64,000 nt of DNA from an uncultured Gammaproteobacteria bacterium (GCA_964411255.1 CAYPKD010000006.1:3097-67096), one strand, 5' to 3'; positions 30,298 through 40,670 are shown, counted from the first letter of the stretch. Program-made: numbers and translations. Notes: generated by a model not told the origin, from the sequence alone.

Positions 30298-30831
30298 TTA
30301 TTCAAACCTCCAACCTTGATCATGCATTTTATTGTAAAAAATTGACAACTGCTGATCCACATCTATATTAATACAAACTATAACTAAACTTCTATCCGAA
30401 TCTCTGAAAAATTCAACTTTCCCAGTATCAGGCACAACTTTTGAATTCGCCTGAGCTAAATACATGGCAGCTTCGTTTTTATACTCAGTTTCAATACCCT
30501 GATCAACCGCTACTTCATATACTGTCCGCCTAATTACAAATTTCTTAATCTTTTTCATTAGGAAAGTTAATAACAATGATCTAAAGTAAAATTCAAGTTG
30601 GCCAGAATCCTGAAAAGCCTTTAAGCTTGCGCCCAGATTTATTCCTGATGTTGCTAATGACAGGACAAACGGTCCATTCTTCAAATCAACTGTTAGCCAT
30701 GGCTTAATTTCTGAATTAACATCAATAATCTCAAATTTAAATTCCCCAAGATTTGTGGCAAGCTGATGCCAAATATTATGCCAAAGCGGATCTCTTTTCA
30801 AATTATCTGATAATCCGACTCTCACTTTCAT
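30298..30831 (-). CDS. Hypothetical protein (distant paralogue of 29595..30164)
   Basis: SD GGAGG, upstream TTGACA. Confidence 0.7.
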   Translation of the reverse strand: MKVRVGLSDNLKRDPLWHNIWHQLATNLGEFKFEIIDVNSEIKPWLTVDLKNGPFVLSLATSGINLGASLKAFQDSGQLEFYFRSLLLTFLMKKIKKFVIRRTVYEVAVDQGIETEYKNEAAMYLAQANSKVVPDTGKVEFFRDSDRSLVIVCINIDVDQQLSIFYNKMHDQGWRFE

Positions 30832-30927
30832 TGCCTTCCTCCAGGTTGATCTGATTATACTTAATTAACATAAAAAAAATACCCTGTCAAGGGCTTTTTA
30901 AAAAAATCCTGGAGCCTGAATACTGTA

Positions 30928-31500
30928 TCATCTATTATTGACTTTATTATGAACAATTAGCAAAGTTAATGCTCCAATCAGCATAAATCCAGAAGTTATA
31001 TAAAACACAATATCAAATCCAAACTGATCGACCAAATATGCACCAACCATGGCTGTTAAGCCCATACCAATTCCAAGAGCAACATCATAAACGCTCCATT
31101 CAAATGCCTCTTTTTTCTTATCAATATGGCGGGTAAAGATTCCATACCAGCCTGGATAACTTACAGCCGCTGAGATTCCTAATATTATTTGCAATAAATA
31201 TAATTGCCAAATCGAATTGATTAATGGATAAAAAGCAAAAACGCTCGCTGCTACCACAGATCCAATCACTGCTGTATATAAGTCATCTTTTTCACCTTTT
31301 ATTTTATCTAAAAAAATACCAACTGGAATTTCAAAAATAGATTTAAATATCAAATATAACGCAGCTGCCACTCCAGCTGTTCCAATAGTCGCTCCGTCAA
31401 TATAGTCCACCACAAATATTGCAAATATTGGAGCAGTTAAATTACTGACAGACCAAATTATAAAATCTGATAAAATTAAAATCTTAATGATCAAATTCAT
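30928..31500 (-). CDS. Half-size (6-TM) MFS-type transporter
   Basis: Six hydrophobic helices, G.FLDKIKG motif A-like; start MNLIIK at 31500. Confidence 0.8.
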   Translation of the reverse strand: MNLIIKILILSDFIIWSVSNLTAPIFAIFVVDYIDGATIGTAGVAAALYLIFKSIFEIPVGIFLDKIKGEKDDLYTAVIGSVVAASVFAFYPLINSIWQLYLLQIILGISAAVSYPGWYGIFTRHIDKKKEAFEWSVYDVALGIGMGLTAMVGAYLVDQFGFDIVFYITSGFMLIGALTLLIVHNKVNNR

Positions 31501-31632
31501 TTTAAACTCTAGGATTGAACGCCAGATGGTTCGGTGATACATAGAATTTGCGTTAAGAGGTTATGACGTTACTAAGTTACTATATTACATTTAAAAAATA
31601 ATAACTTCATAACACCATAACTTCGTAACCAT

Positions 31633-31932
31633 TTAACCGTTTTTCCCTTTATACTTTTTCAACTCTCTTTGCATCCGGTCCTTTGCTTTATTAATCGCCT
31701 TATACAAATCATCCATTTCTTCTCTGGCCCGAAGTAAAGTACGCGGCACACTAAGATTTATTTCACAAAAAAATACATCACCTTTTTGATGATGGCGAGT
31801 AGTTTTGCCAACTTCCACATCAGCTTGCTGAGCATTGTTAAAAAATTTCTCCAAACTGTCTACTTTTTCAAAAACATAATCTTTTATCGCCTGGGTTAAC
31901 TCCATGTTTGTTGATTTGATATTAATATGCAT
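31633..31932 (-). CDS. raiA: Ribosome hibernation factor / ribosome-associated inhibitor (short HPF)
   Basis: NMELTQAIKDYVFEK, DDLYKAINKAKDRMQRELKKYK; start MHINIK at 31932. Confidence 0.88.
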   Translation of the reverse strand: MHINIKSTNMELTQAIKDYVFEKVDSLEKFFNNAQQADVEVGKTTRHHQKGDVFFCEINLSVPRTLLRAREEMDDLYKAINKAKDRMQRELKKYKGKNG

Positions 31933-32013
31933 AAAACTGATGAACTGAAGAACAAAAGAACTGAAAAACAAGAAGCTGTTCATAAGTTCTTAAGTTCATA
32001 AGTTCTTTAGTTA

Positions 32014-32967
32014 TTAAAAACCGACCTTCTCCACCTCTTCCTCCAATTCCACACCAAACTTGTTTTTAACTTCTTTTTTTACCAGCTCAATCAGGTCAAT
32101 AATATCCTTGGCTGTGGCCTTATTTTTATTATATATAAAATTTGAATGCTTGTCAGAAACTTTTGCGCCGCCAATTGATTTCCCCTTTAATCCGGCTTCT
32201 TCAATCAATTTTGCAGCAGGTACCTTACCATGAGTTTGCCAGGCTTCAAGTTCTTTGTATTCTGGTTTAAAAACAATATTCTTAAATGAGCAGCCTGCGC
32301 TCGGACATTCATATGGTTGTTTTTTCATCCGCACTTCCAGTTCATCCTGAACTGCCTTCAACCTTTGTTTAACATCATCTTGACTTTCACTTAATTTAAA
32401 AGTCGCTTCAGCAATTATCAATTCAGGCCTTTGTTTAAACATGCTATGACGATAGTCAAAACCGCATTCATCTTTTTGAAAAATTTCAAGTGACACTTCC
32501 TCACCGCTCATATTCAATACTTCTACTTCTTTGACAAAATCTCCCAGGCCTTTGCCAAAAGCCCCAGCATTCCCGCGAATCCCTCCACCAACTGTGCCTG
32601 GAATATTGGCAGCAAATTCTAATCCTGTCAGACCTGAATTTATCGCAGTGATAATCATTTTTCTCAAATTATTGCCAGTAAAGGATTTTACTTGTTTGCC
32701 AAAAAACTCTACTTCTCCTTCAGTTAATTTTATGACCAGCCCATCAATACCCTTATCGGCAACTAAAATATTGCTGCCGCCGCCAAAAATAAAAAAAGGC
32801 ATGTCAAGTTTTTTTACTGCCAAAAGAACCTGATGCAAATCCTTTTTATTGTTTATTTCACAATAAAACTGAGCTGGCCCGCCAACTTTAAAGGTGGTGT
32901 GCTTGGCCATTGGCTCGTTTTCCAAAATTTCAATGTCTATTAAATTTTTTTTGAGTTTATCTAGCAT
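32014..32967 (-). CDS. murB: UDP-N-acetylenolpyruvoylglucosamine reductase
   Basis: HTTFKVGGPA, GGGSNIL, IPGTVGG, PSAGCSFKN, VSDKHSNF, LEEEV. Confidence 0.96.
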   Translation of the reverse strand: MLDKLKKNLIDIEILENEPMAKHTTFKVGGPAQFYCEINNKKDLHQVLLAVKKLDMPFFIFGGGSNILVADKGIDGLVIKLTEGEVEFFGKQVKSFTGNNLRKMIITAINSGLTGLEFAANIPGTVGGGIRGNAGAFGKGLGDFVKEVEVLNMSGEEVSLEIFQKDECGFDYRHSMFKQRPELIIAEATFKLSESQDDVKQRLKAVQDELEVRMKKQPYECPSAGCSFKNIVFKPEYKELEAWQTHGKVPAAKLIEEAGLKGKSIGGAKVSDKHSNFIYNKNKATAKDIIDLIELVKKEVKNKFGVELEEEVEKVGF

Positions 32968-33065
32968 ATTTAAATTATATCATAATTATAATCCGAATCC
33001 CCCAAATATCTACCTGCTATTCGTGACATTTGGGGTATTCGGATCGAAAATTCGGGGTATTTGGA

Positions 33066-34454
33066 TCATATTTTCTCAACTATTTCATACACATCCCCTG
33101 CTCCCATTACTAAAACCAAATCGTCTTCAGTGGCATTTTTTTTAATTAACTTTAGTGTGTTTTCCAAATCAGCAGAATAAATAACTTCACCTAAATCTGG
33201 GTTTTTCTTATCATTTATTGCTTGAACAAGTTTTTCAGAGCTGACATCTTCGTCTTCTTTTGCTTTTCTGCCTGCCACATCATATATTTCAGAAATAATT
33301 ATTATTTCATCCTGATTTTTTGGTTCAAGGCTCTGAACAAAATCGTCAAAAAGCTTTTTTGTCCTATTGTGCTGATGCGGCTGAAAAACAATAATTTTTC
33401 TTTTTCCAGGATAAAAATCATCCACTGCTTTTCTGGTTACCTCAACTGCTGTGGGATGATGAGCATAATCAGAAATCACCAATGGCTCTTTTTTTATAAT
33501 TTCAAGCCGGCGCCAGGCGCCTGAAAAATCAACCAAAGATTTTTTAACATCAGCTAAACTGACATTTAATTTCAACGCTAAGGCAATGGTGGCCAAAGCA
33601 TTATAAACATTAAATTTTCCAGCAACCATTAATTCAAACTCTCCAAGATCATTATTTTGATAACTGACTGAAAATTTTTGTTTATTATCTTCAATACGAT
33701 AATCATTTGCCATTACATCTGCGTCCTCTAAAAATCCATAAGTGATTATCTGACACTTTGGTAAAACAAGTTCTTTTGTATTTTCATCATCCTTATTAAT
33801 AACCAAAATGTCTTCTTCATTTTTTAACTTATTAATAAATTTTTGAAAAGTTTGAATAATGTGATCCAAATCCTTAAAAAAATCCAAATGATCTTCTTCA
33901 ATATTTGTTAAAACAATTGCTTTTGGACTCAATTCTAAAAAATGTTCCCGATACTCGCATGCTTCTAATACAAGCCAGTCACCTTTTCCTTTTTTATAAT
34001 TCCCTTTTAGTCTTGGTACATTTGAACCAATAATTACATTCGGGTCAAGACCAGCGTCAATTAATATACCTGCAGCCATGGCCGTGGTAGTCGTTTTGCC
34101 ATTGGTACCTGAAACAGCCACAGTTTTGTATTGCTCTGTTAAAAATCCTAAAAATTCATTATAGCTAAGCTCTTTCAGACCAAGCTCTTTTACTTTTTGT
34201 CTTTCCGGGTTTGTTTCGGGAACAGCTGCTGAATAAATAAATAAATCAATATCAGCAGTTATATTTTCTGCATCCTGAGATTGATTAATGATTATTCCTT
34301 TTTTTTCTAAGTCACGTGTAATTTCAGAAGGCGCTGAGTCAGATCCGTGAACTTCTTTTTCTAAATCTAAAAAATAACGGGCCAAAGCTGATACGCCAAT
34401 GCCGCCAATGCCGGATAAATATACTTTTTTTATTTTTGCCAAATCAAATTTCAT
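33066..34454 (-). CDS. murC: UDP-N-acetylmuramate--L-alanine ligase
   Basis: GIGGIGVS, GTNGKTTTT, EACEY, DYAHHPT, FQPH, MGAGD. Confidence 0.96.
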   Translation of the reverse strand: MKFDLAKIKKVYLSGIGGIGVSALARYFLDLEKEVHGSDSAPSEITRDLEKKGIIINQSQDAENITADIDLFIYSAAVPETNPERQKVKELGLKELSYNEFLGFLTEQYKTVAVSGTNGKTTTTAMAAGILIDAGLDPNVIIGSNVPRLKGNYKKGKGDWLVLEACEYREHFLELSPKAIVLTNIEEDHLDFFKDLDHIIQTFQKFINKLKNEEDILVINKDDENTKELVLPKCQIITYGFLEDADVMANDYRIEDNKQKFSVSYQNNDLGEFELMVAGKFNVYNALATIALALKLNVSLADVKKSLVDFSGAWRRLEIIKKEPLVISDYAHHPTAVEVTRKAVDDFYPGKRKIIVFQPHQHNRTKKLFDDFVQSLEPKNQDEIIIISEIYDVAGRKAKEDEDVSSEKLVQAINDKKNPDLGEVIYSADLENTLKLIKKNATEDDLVLVMGAGDVYEIVEKI

Positions 34455-34459
34455 AATTT

Positions 34460-35182
34460 TTATGTTGAAATTAATGCTTCTTTTTGAATCTTATTTACTT
34501 TTTGTTTATTAAAAACTCTACTTTCAACTTTAATCTTTTTTGCCACAGTTAGCAAGTTATTTCCAAATAAAACACTGGATTTTTTGCCATTTGTAAAATA
34601 ATTATTCTTTAAAACCTCAAATTCTTTTAATTCTTTTTTAATTTTGCCTTTTGTTAAAATATAATAAACCAATTGGGCAATCTCGCCTTTTTCAGTTTTC
34701 CATTCAGTAATAACAGCATCATTTTCAGTTTTCGAATACCACTTTGACTTTTTATTTTTCAAATTATGCATGTTCCAATTTGTCATTAATAAAAATCCGC
34801 CAGGTTTCAGCCATGAATAAACTTTTTTTAATATTAATTCTCTGTCATCTTTGTCAAAATGATTTAAAACAGCAATCATAAAAATTGCATCAAATTGCTT
34901 GTCTGTCTCTGCTGTTAAAATATCTTTAACAATAAAATCCTGATCCGGATAATTTTCTTTTGCAATTTCAATAAATTTTTCATTATTATCTATACCCAAA
35001 TAATCAACATTTACATCTTCAAATAACTGAACCAAACGACCATTACCGCAGCCCAAATCCAAAACTTTATCTCCATCCTTTACGTATTTTTTTAAAATAT
35101 TAAGCTCTGGCCATAATCTTTCACGGCTGGCTGAGAATTCCTGGGCAACTGTTTGATAACCTTGTGATGTTATATCCTGCAT
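34460..35182 (-). CDS. Class I SAM-dependent methyltransferase, Trm9/ALKBH8-like
   Basis: Y..VAQEFSASR..LWP, VLDLGCGNGR, IAVLNH, LKPGG. Confidence 0.8.
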   Translation of the reverse strand: MQDITSQGYQTVAQEFSASRERLWPELNILKKYVKDGDKVLDLGCGNGRLVQLFEDVNVDYLGIDNNEKFIEIAKENYPDQDFIVKDILTAETDKQFDAIFMIAVLNHFDKDDRELILKKVYSWLKPGGFLLMTNWNMHNLKNKKSKWYSKTENDAVITEWKTEKGEIAQLVYYILTKGKIKKELKEFEVLKNNYFTNGKKSSVLFGNNLLTVAKKIKVESRVFNKQKVNKIQKEALIST

Positions 35183-35318
35183 ATTTTATAATCCGAATCC
35201 CCAAATACATCCGAATGCCACGAATATCTCCAATAATTAATTCGGGGTATTCGGGTTAAAATTCGGGTCATTCGGATTTATCTTGACTTTTAACTAAATT
35301 TACCATAAAATAAAGCTA

Positions 35319-36890
35319 ATGTCAAAAGAAAACACATCAAAACTTTTGCAAATTTTACTTAAAGAGAAGCCAAGAACCCATTCAAAATTAAACAAAATCA
35401 AAAGAAAATTTGCCAGAGACAATAAAATCAGCAAACTAATCACCAATGCTGAGCTTTTAAATTTATATCAGAAATTAATTGCCACTGATGATATCAAAGC
35501 CAACCCAGTTCTGCGCTCTCTGTTAAAAAAACGGGCTATTCGTACACTTTCTGGGGTTGCGCCAGTGGCAGTTTTGACAAAGCCTCACCCATGCCCTGGA
35601 AACTGTGCTTTTTGCCCAACAGAATTTGAAATGCCAAAAAGCTACCTGTCAAATGAACCAGCAGTAATGCGGGCAATGATGACCCAGTTTGATCCACATA
35701 AACAAGTAACTGTGCGAATAAATGCCTTAACCAGAAACGGCCATGCCACTGATAAAATTGAGCTTATTGTAATGGGCGGCACCTGGTCATATTTTCCAGA
35801 TAAATACCAAAATTGGTATATCAAACGATGCTTTGATGCCTGCAATAAAAAGACTTCTAAAACTTTAGCTCAAGCACAAAAGCTAAATGAAAAAGCAAAA
35901 CACAGAATTGTTGGTTTAACTTTAGAAACCCGGCCTGATTATATTAATGAAAATGAGATAAAAAAATTCAGAAAGCTTGGCTGTACACGAGTAGAAATCG
36001 GCGTTCAGTCAACAGATGATAAAGTTTTGAAAAAAAATAAACGTGAACATGGTCAAAAGGAAATTATTAAAGCAACAAAATTACTAAAAAATGCTGGATT
36101 TAAGGTTGCTTATCATATGATGCCAAATCTGGCTGGATCCACTCCCCAAAAAGATTTAAAAATATTTAAACAACTGTTTTCAAAACAAGAATATCAGCCA
36201 GATATGCTTAAAATTTATCCTTGCACAGTGGTTAAAGGATCTGAGCTTTATAATTGGTGGAAAAAAGGCCAATATAAGCCCTATTCGCAAAAACAATTGG
36301 TTGATTTATTAATAAAAATAAAATTAAGTATTCCAGAATATGTCAGAATTATCCGCTTAATTAGAGATATTCCTGCTGAAAGCATTGAGGCTGGAAATAA
36401 AATTACAAATTTAAGGCAATATTTGAAAGAAGATCTCAAAAAACAGAAAAAACACTGCAAATGCATTCGATGCCGCGAAGCGAGAACAAATATATTTGGA
36501 GCAAAAAATGCAAAGCTTTTCATAAAAAAATATCAGGCCAGCAAAGGCACAGAATATTTTCTGCAATTTGCCTCATCAAATAAAAAAACTTTGTTTGCTT
36601 TTCTACGATTAAGACTGCCAGAACAAAAAAAACATTTTATTCCAGAACTTTGCAATGCTGCCATAATCCGTGAAGTCCATACATATGGTCAAATGGTTCC
36701 AATTGAGAAAAAACAAGCAAAAGCAGTCCAGCACCTTGGTTTTGGCAAAAAATTAATGAAACATGCTGAAATGATTGCCAAAAACAATGGATATGATAAA
36801 ATGGTAGTAATTTCAGGAATCGGTGTCCGAGGCTATTATCGAAAGCTAGGCTACCAGCTCCAGGGAACTTACATGGTTAAAAAATTATAA
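35319..36890 (+). CDS. elp3: Elp3-family radical SAM/KAT tRNA U34 acetyltransferase (carboxymethylase)
   Basis: RTLSGVAPVAV, CPGNCAFCP, MGGTW, ETRPD, KIYP, IREVHTYG, QHLGFG, ISGIGVRGYYRKLGY. Confidence 0.93.
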   Translation: MSKENTSKLLQILLKEKPRTHSKLNKIKRKFARDNKISKLITNAELLNLYQKLIATDDIKANPVLRSLLKKRAIRTLSGVAPVAVLTKPHPCPGNCAFCPTEFEMPKSYLSNEPAVMRAMMTQFDPHKQVTVRINALTRNGHATDKIELIVMGGTWSYFPDKYQNWYIKRCFDACNKKTSKTLAQAQKLNEKAKHRIVGLTLETRPDYINENEIKKFRKLGCTRVEIGVQSTDDKVLKKNKREHGQKEIIKATKLLKNAGFKVAYHMMPNLAGSTPQKDLKIFKQLFSKQEYQPDMLKIYPCTVVKGSELYNWWKKGQYKPYSQKQLVDLLIKIKLSIPEYVRIIRLIRDIPAESIEAGNKITNLRQYLKEDLKKQKKHCKCIRCREARTNIFGAKNAKLFIKKYQASKGTEYFLQFASSNKKTLFAFLRLRLPEQKKHFIPELCNAAIIREVHTYGQMVPIEKKQAKAVQHLGFGKKLMKHAEMIAKNNGYDKMVVISGIGVRGYYRKLGYQLQGTYMVKKL

Positions 36891-36977
36891 TATTTATTCA
36901 TTGCGAGGTTACGAAGTTATTATCAATACAAATACCGTCATAACGCCGTAACATCATAACGTCATAACTTAAATTAT

Positions 36978-39242
36978 ATGCCAAAAGTTTACAGCTCATT
37001 TTCCTCAAAGAACTCTACTTCTTCAAAGGAAAAAAATTATTACAAAAAACCAATTTTCAAAAAACCTCTATTTTACATCATTGTTGTTGTCGTCTTGGCA
37101 ATTATTGGATTTGTTTTATGGTCAATCCTAAAAAGTCCAGAAGAAACCAAACCGGAAATTATTACTGACACTGAGCAGCAAGCGCCAGAACAAGTTGCTG
37201 TCATTAACTACCTAAAAGGCGAAGCTCAATATCAGGAACAAGGTGAAAACGAATGGAACAATTTAAGTTTTACAAAAAAAATAACGCCAGGCACCAGCAT
37301 CCAAACATTAGGTGAAAGCAGACTCGAATTAATATTTCCTGAAGGCAGCCTGATTCGGCTGGATGAAAACAGTTCTATTCAAATTACCGAAATCAGTCCA
37401 GCAGACATAATTATCGCTCAAACATCCGGCAAAGCTTACCACCGGATAAACAAAGACGGCACAGCCATATATAAGGTCATAGCCAATGAGGATGAAATTA
37501 CAGCTTTAGGCACAGCCTTTAGCACTGATGTTAGGACAAAAACTGAAGATACTGATTTAGAAGCAATTACTACTCGGGTAGCGGTAATTGAAAGCAGCGT
37601 CAGGGTAAAAGTATTCAAGGATGATCAATTGGTAAATATGCAAACCATAGAAGAAGGAAATGAAGTTGAAATAGATAAATCAAAAGATGAGGAAGAAATT
37701 ATAGAAGAAACTAAAATTGACGCAGAATCATTACTAGAAGACGACTGGATGTCATGGAATAAGACAAAAGATGAAAACCAAAACTTCACCCTTGGAATAT
37801 TTGCTGATGAAGTCAAGCTGGAAATAACTGATCCAAGTGATTTAGAAGCAAAAACAGATAAAAATGCTTATACAATCAAAGGAAAAACCGAAGAGGACGC
37901 TACTATTACAATCGATGGTGATGAAGTTGATAATAAAGACGGTGTCTTTGAACATGAAGTAAAACTGGAAAAAGGCGAGAATAAATTTGACGTTGTGGCT
38001 GAATTAGATGGTGAAAAAACAAAAAAGACCATAACCATTGATTTCTCTGAAGAAGAATCTGCTGAATTAAAACTTTCAGCTTCTGTAGTAGATAAAAATG
38101 ATGTCAAATTAAGCTGGCAGGCTTCCGCTGGCGACACAGAAAAAGGATTTAAAATTGTCCGCGCCAAAACGTCAAATCCATCTTATCCTGGATCTGATTA
38201 TAAATATATTACTCAAAATGATGCCCGGGCATATACCTGGAAAGATCTAGGAGAAGGAACTCATCATTTCAGAGTATGTCTCTTTACCAATAATGGCACT
38301 TGTGATGAATACAGTAATAATGTAAGCGTAACCATTGAAAAAGAAGATGAAGAGCCTGAAGACAAGGATGGATCAATTTCACTTCAGGGGCAAACAACTG
38401 ATGGTTCAGTAAAACTATCATGGAGCACAAACAATTTAGGCGAATTTGACGGATTCAAAATAGTGCACAGCGGCAGCCCAAATCCAGTTTACCCTGGAGA
38501 CACTTATAAATATTTATCAAATTCAAGCGCTTCATCATATACCTGGTCAAATCTATCAAAAGGCACATATCATTTTAGGGTTTGTAAATACAAAGGCGGA
38601 AAATGCGAATTATATAGTAATGACATTACAATCACGATCGAAAAAACTGATGAGCCAATAGTTGAAGGATCAATCTCTCTTACTGGAACCGTCAGTGACT
38701 CTTCTGTCTCATTAAATTGGAGCACTGCAAACCTGGATGCGCCAAAAGGATTTAAGCTTGTAAAAAGCACCAGTCCAAATCCGGTTTATCCTGGAAACGA
38801 TTATAAATACCTTTCTGATTCTGGCGTCCGTTCATATACTTGGAAAGGATTAAGCGCTGGCACATATCACTTTAGAGTTTGTCAGTATTTGGGAGGAAAA
38901 TGTGGAATTTATAGTAATAACATAACTATTACAATTGAAAAAGCAGTAGCAGATGACGGCAGTATTACATTAAGCGGCTCAACCAGCGAAGGTAAAGTAT
39001 TGCTAAGCTGGACCACTTATGGAAATGTTAATTTAGAAAATGGATATAAAGTAATTATGTCAGAAAATCCAAACCCAGTATATCCTGGCAATCAATATCA
39101 TTACATTACCAGAACTAACCGGTCAGATTCTTGGACCTGGACAGGCCTTGATGTTGGCAAAACATATCATTTCAGAGTCTGCCAATACATTGGCGGCGCC
39201 TGTGGAATTTACAGTAATGATGTGGGAATAACAATAAAGTAA
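36978..39242 (+). CDS. Membrane-anchored FecR-domain protein with Ig-like domain and four FN3-like repeats
   Basis: TM helix; GSLIRLDENSSI and ALGTAFS (FecR); four repeats L.W...GFK...NP.YPG..Y.....HFRVC...C..YSN. Confidence 0.8.
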   Translation: MPKVYSSFSSKNSTSSKEKNYYKKPIFKKPLFYIIVVVVLAIIGFVLWSILKSPEETKPEIITDTEQQAPEQVAVINYLKGEAQYQEQGENEWNNLSFTKKITPGTSIQTLGESRLELIFPEGSLIRLDENSSIQITEISPADIIIAQTSGKAYHRINKDGTAIYKVIANEDEITALGTAFSTDVRTKTEDTDLEAITTRVAVIESSVRVKVFKDDQLVNMQTIEEGNEVEIDKSKDEEEIIEETKIDAESLLEDDWMSWNKTKDENQNFTLGIFADEVKLEITDPSDLEAKTDKNAYTIKGKTEEDATITIDGDEVDNKDGVFEHEVKLEKGENKFDVVAELDGEKTKKTITIDFSEEESAELKLSASVVDKNDVKLSWQASAGDTEKGFKIVRAKTSNPSYPGSDYKYITQNDARAYTWKDLGEGTHHFRVCLFTNNGTCDEYSNNVSVTIEKEDEEPEDKDGSISLQGQTTDGSVKLSWSTNNLGEFDGFKIVHSGSPNPVYPGDTYKYLSNSSASSYTWSNLSKGTYHFRVCKYKGGKCELYSNDITITIEKTDEPIVEGSISLTGTVSDSSVSLNWSTANLDAPKGFKLVKSTSPNPVYPGNDYKYLSDSGVRSYTWKGLSAGTYHFRVCQYLGGKCGIYSNNITITIEKAVADDGSITLSGSTSEGKVLLSWTTYGNVNLENGYKVIMSENPNPVYPGNQYHYITRTNRSDSWTWTGLDVGKTYHFRVCQYIGGACGIYSNDVGITIK

Positions 39243-39316
39243 ATTTATTAAACAAAAAAGACAGCTGGTTCAGTTGTCTTTTGATTTAGCGATAGAATAA
39301 AAATCCTAAATTTACA

Positions 39317-39676
39317 TTACCTAAAAAAGTAACAACCACACCCATGACAGTACCATTCACCCAATCCGGTTATTGGCCCTACATTTGCATTTGTAAGGCA
39401 ACTCGGGCAACACGGTCCGCAGAGAGTCTTATCATATTTATTTCTCTCACTTTGCAGGCATCTTCGTTGAGCTCTTTCAGCTTCAAATTGTACATGGCTC
39501 GTCATGCTGTTCAGCCTGCAAGTAAAACAATTAAAACTATCATGTTGACATGGAAAATATCCACGCGGACAACCATATAGTGCAGTGATCCTGCCAATAC
39601 AATTTTTATATCTAGGATGACAAGGATAATCTGGACACGGGAGCTCTGGTAATGGTGTTTCCATGTCGCGCTCCAT
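39317..39676 (-). CDS. Cys-rich hypothetical protein with C-terminal zinc ribbon
   Basis: Many Cys; CPSC...WYCHGC; start may be 39664 after GGAG. Confidence 0.55.
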   Translation of the reverse strand: MERDMETPLPELPCPDYPCHPRYKNCIGRITALYGCPRGYFPCQHDSFNCFTCRLNSMTSHVQFEAERAQRRCLQSERNKYDKTLCGPCCPSCLTNANVGPITGLGEWYCHGCGCYFFR

Positions 39677-39851
39677 TTTTTTTTGGTATGGGAACTAATA
39701 TGACTCTATCACAAAAAATTCTCATAAGTCAAACTCATAGTCCAAGCATGTCCCCTAAGGGACTCCATATTTTTGATTTATAACTTTTAATTTAAAAAGA
39801 CCGCTAATTTAGCTGTCTTTTTGTTTACAAACTGAAAAAAATTAATAAAAG

Positions 39852-40670
39852 CTAAACATCAAATGGGCTTTTAATATTTTTTAATTTCGTTGAAGTCACT
39901 TGGGTATAAATCTGCGTGGTCCTAATATTCTGATGCCCTAAAAGCTCCTGAACATAACGAACATCAACACCGTTTTCCAATAGATGAGTGGCAAAACTAT
40001 GGCGCAATGAATGAAATGTGGCGTCTTTTTTTATCCCTGACTTTTTCAAGGAGTTTTCAAAAACTTTTTGCGCGCTGCGCGAAGACAGCTTCCCACCCCT
40101 TTCGCTTTCAAAAACCAAATCGTCTTTTCCTTTACCAGCAGTTAAATTTAGCAGATCATTTTTCATTTTTTCAGGAAAAACAGTAATCCGGTCTTTTCTT
40201 CCCTTTGACTGTTTGAGATGAATAGTCAAATTATCAAAATTTAAATCCTTGACTTTTAAATTAATCGTTTCGCTTACCCGCAAGCCAGCGCCATAAGACA
40301 AAGATATTATAAGCCGGTGCTTGGCATTAGAAATTGAATTGATAAGCCTTTTTATTTCCTGCCTTGATAAAACTATAGGCAGTTTTTTTGAACGCTTGGC
40401 AAATTTAATATTAATTTGTTGGGGCGATTTAACCACCTCGCAGTAGAAAAATTTGATTGAATTGAGGTGAAGGTTGATTGTCTGCGGCGAATAACCTTTT
40501 TCCTGTTTTTTTAAAAGATATTGTTTTATTTTATCAATATCAACTTTTTCAAAATCCTGTTTCAAAAAACCAAAAAAATCTTTCAGGCACAAAACATAGC
40601 TTTTAATGGTCCTTTGGCTGTAATTTCTCAGCCTCAGCTCATTTTTAACATCTTCCAAATACTTTTGCAT
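39852..40670 (-). CDS. Tyrosine recombinase, short integron-integrase-like (272 aa)
   Basis: N-terminal LRNYSQRTIKSY, KKLPIVLS, YGAGLRVSE, KGRKDR, HSLRHSFATHLLE, LGH..IRTTQIY; divergent from a gene cassette. Confidence 0.88.
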   Translation of the reverse strand: MQKYLEDVKNELRLRNYSQRTIKSYVLCLKDFFGFLKQDFEKVDIDKIKQYLLKKQEKGYSPQTINLHLNSIKFFYCEVVKSPQQINIKFAKRSKKLPIVLSRQEIKRLINSISNAKHRLIISLSYGAGLRVSETINLKVKDLNFDNLTIHLKQSKGRKDRITVFPEKMKNDLLNLTAGKGKDDLVFESERGGKLSSRSAQKVFENSLKKSGIKKDATFHSLRHSFATHLLENGVDVRYVQELLGHQNIRTTQIYTQVTSTKLKNIKSPFDV

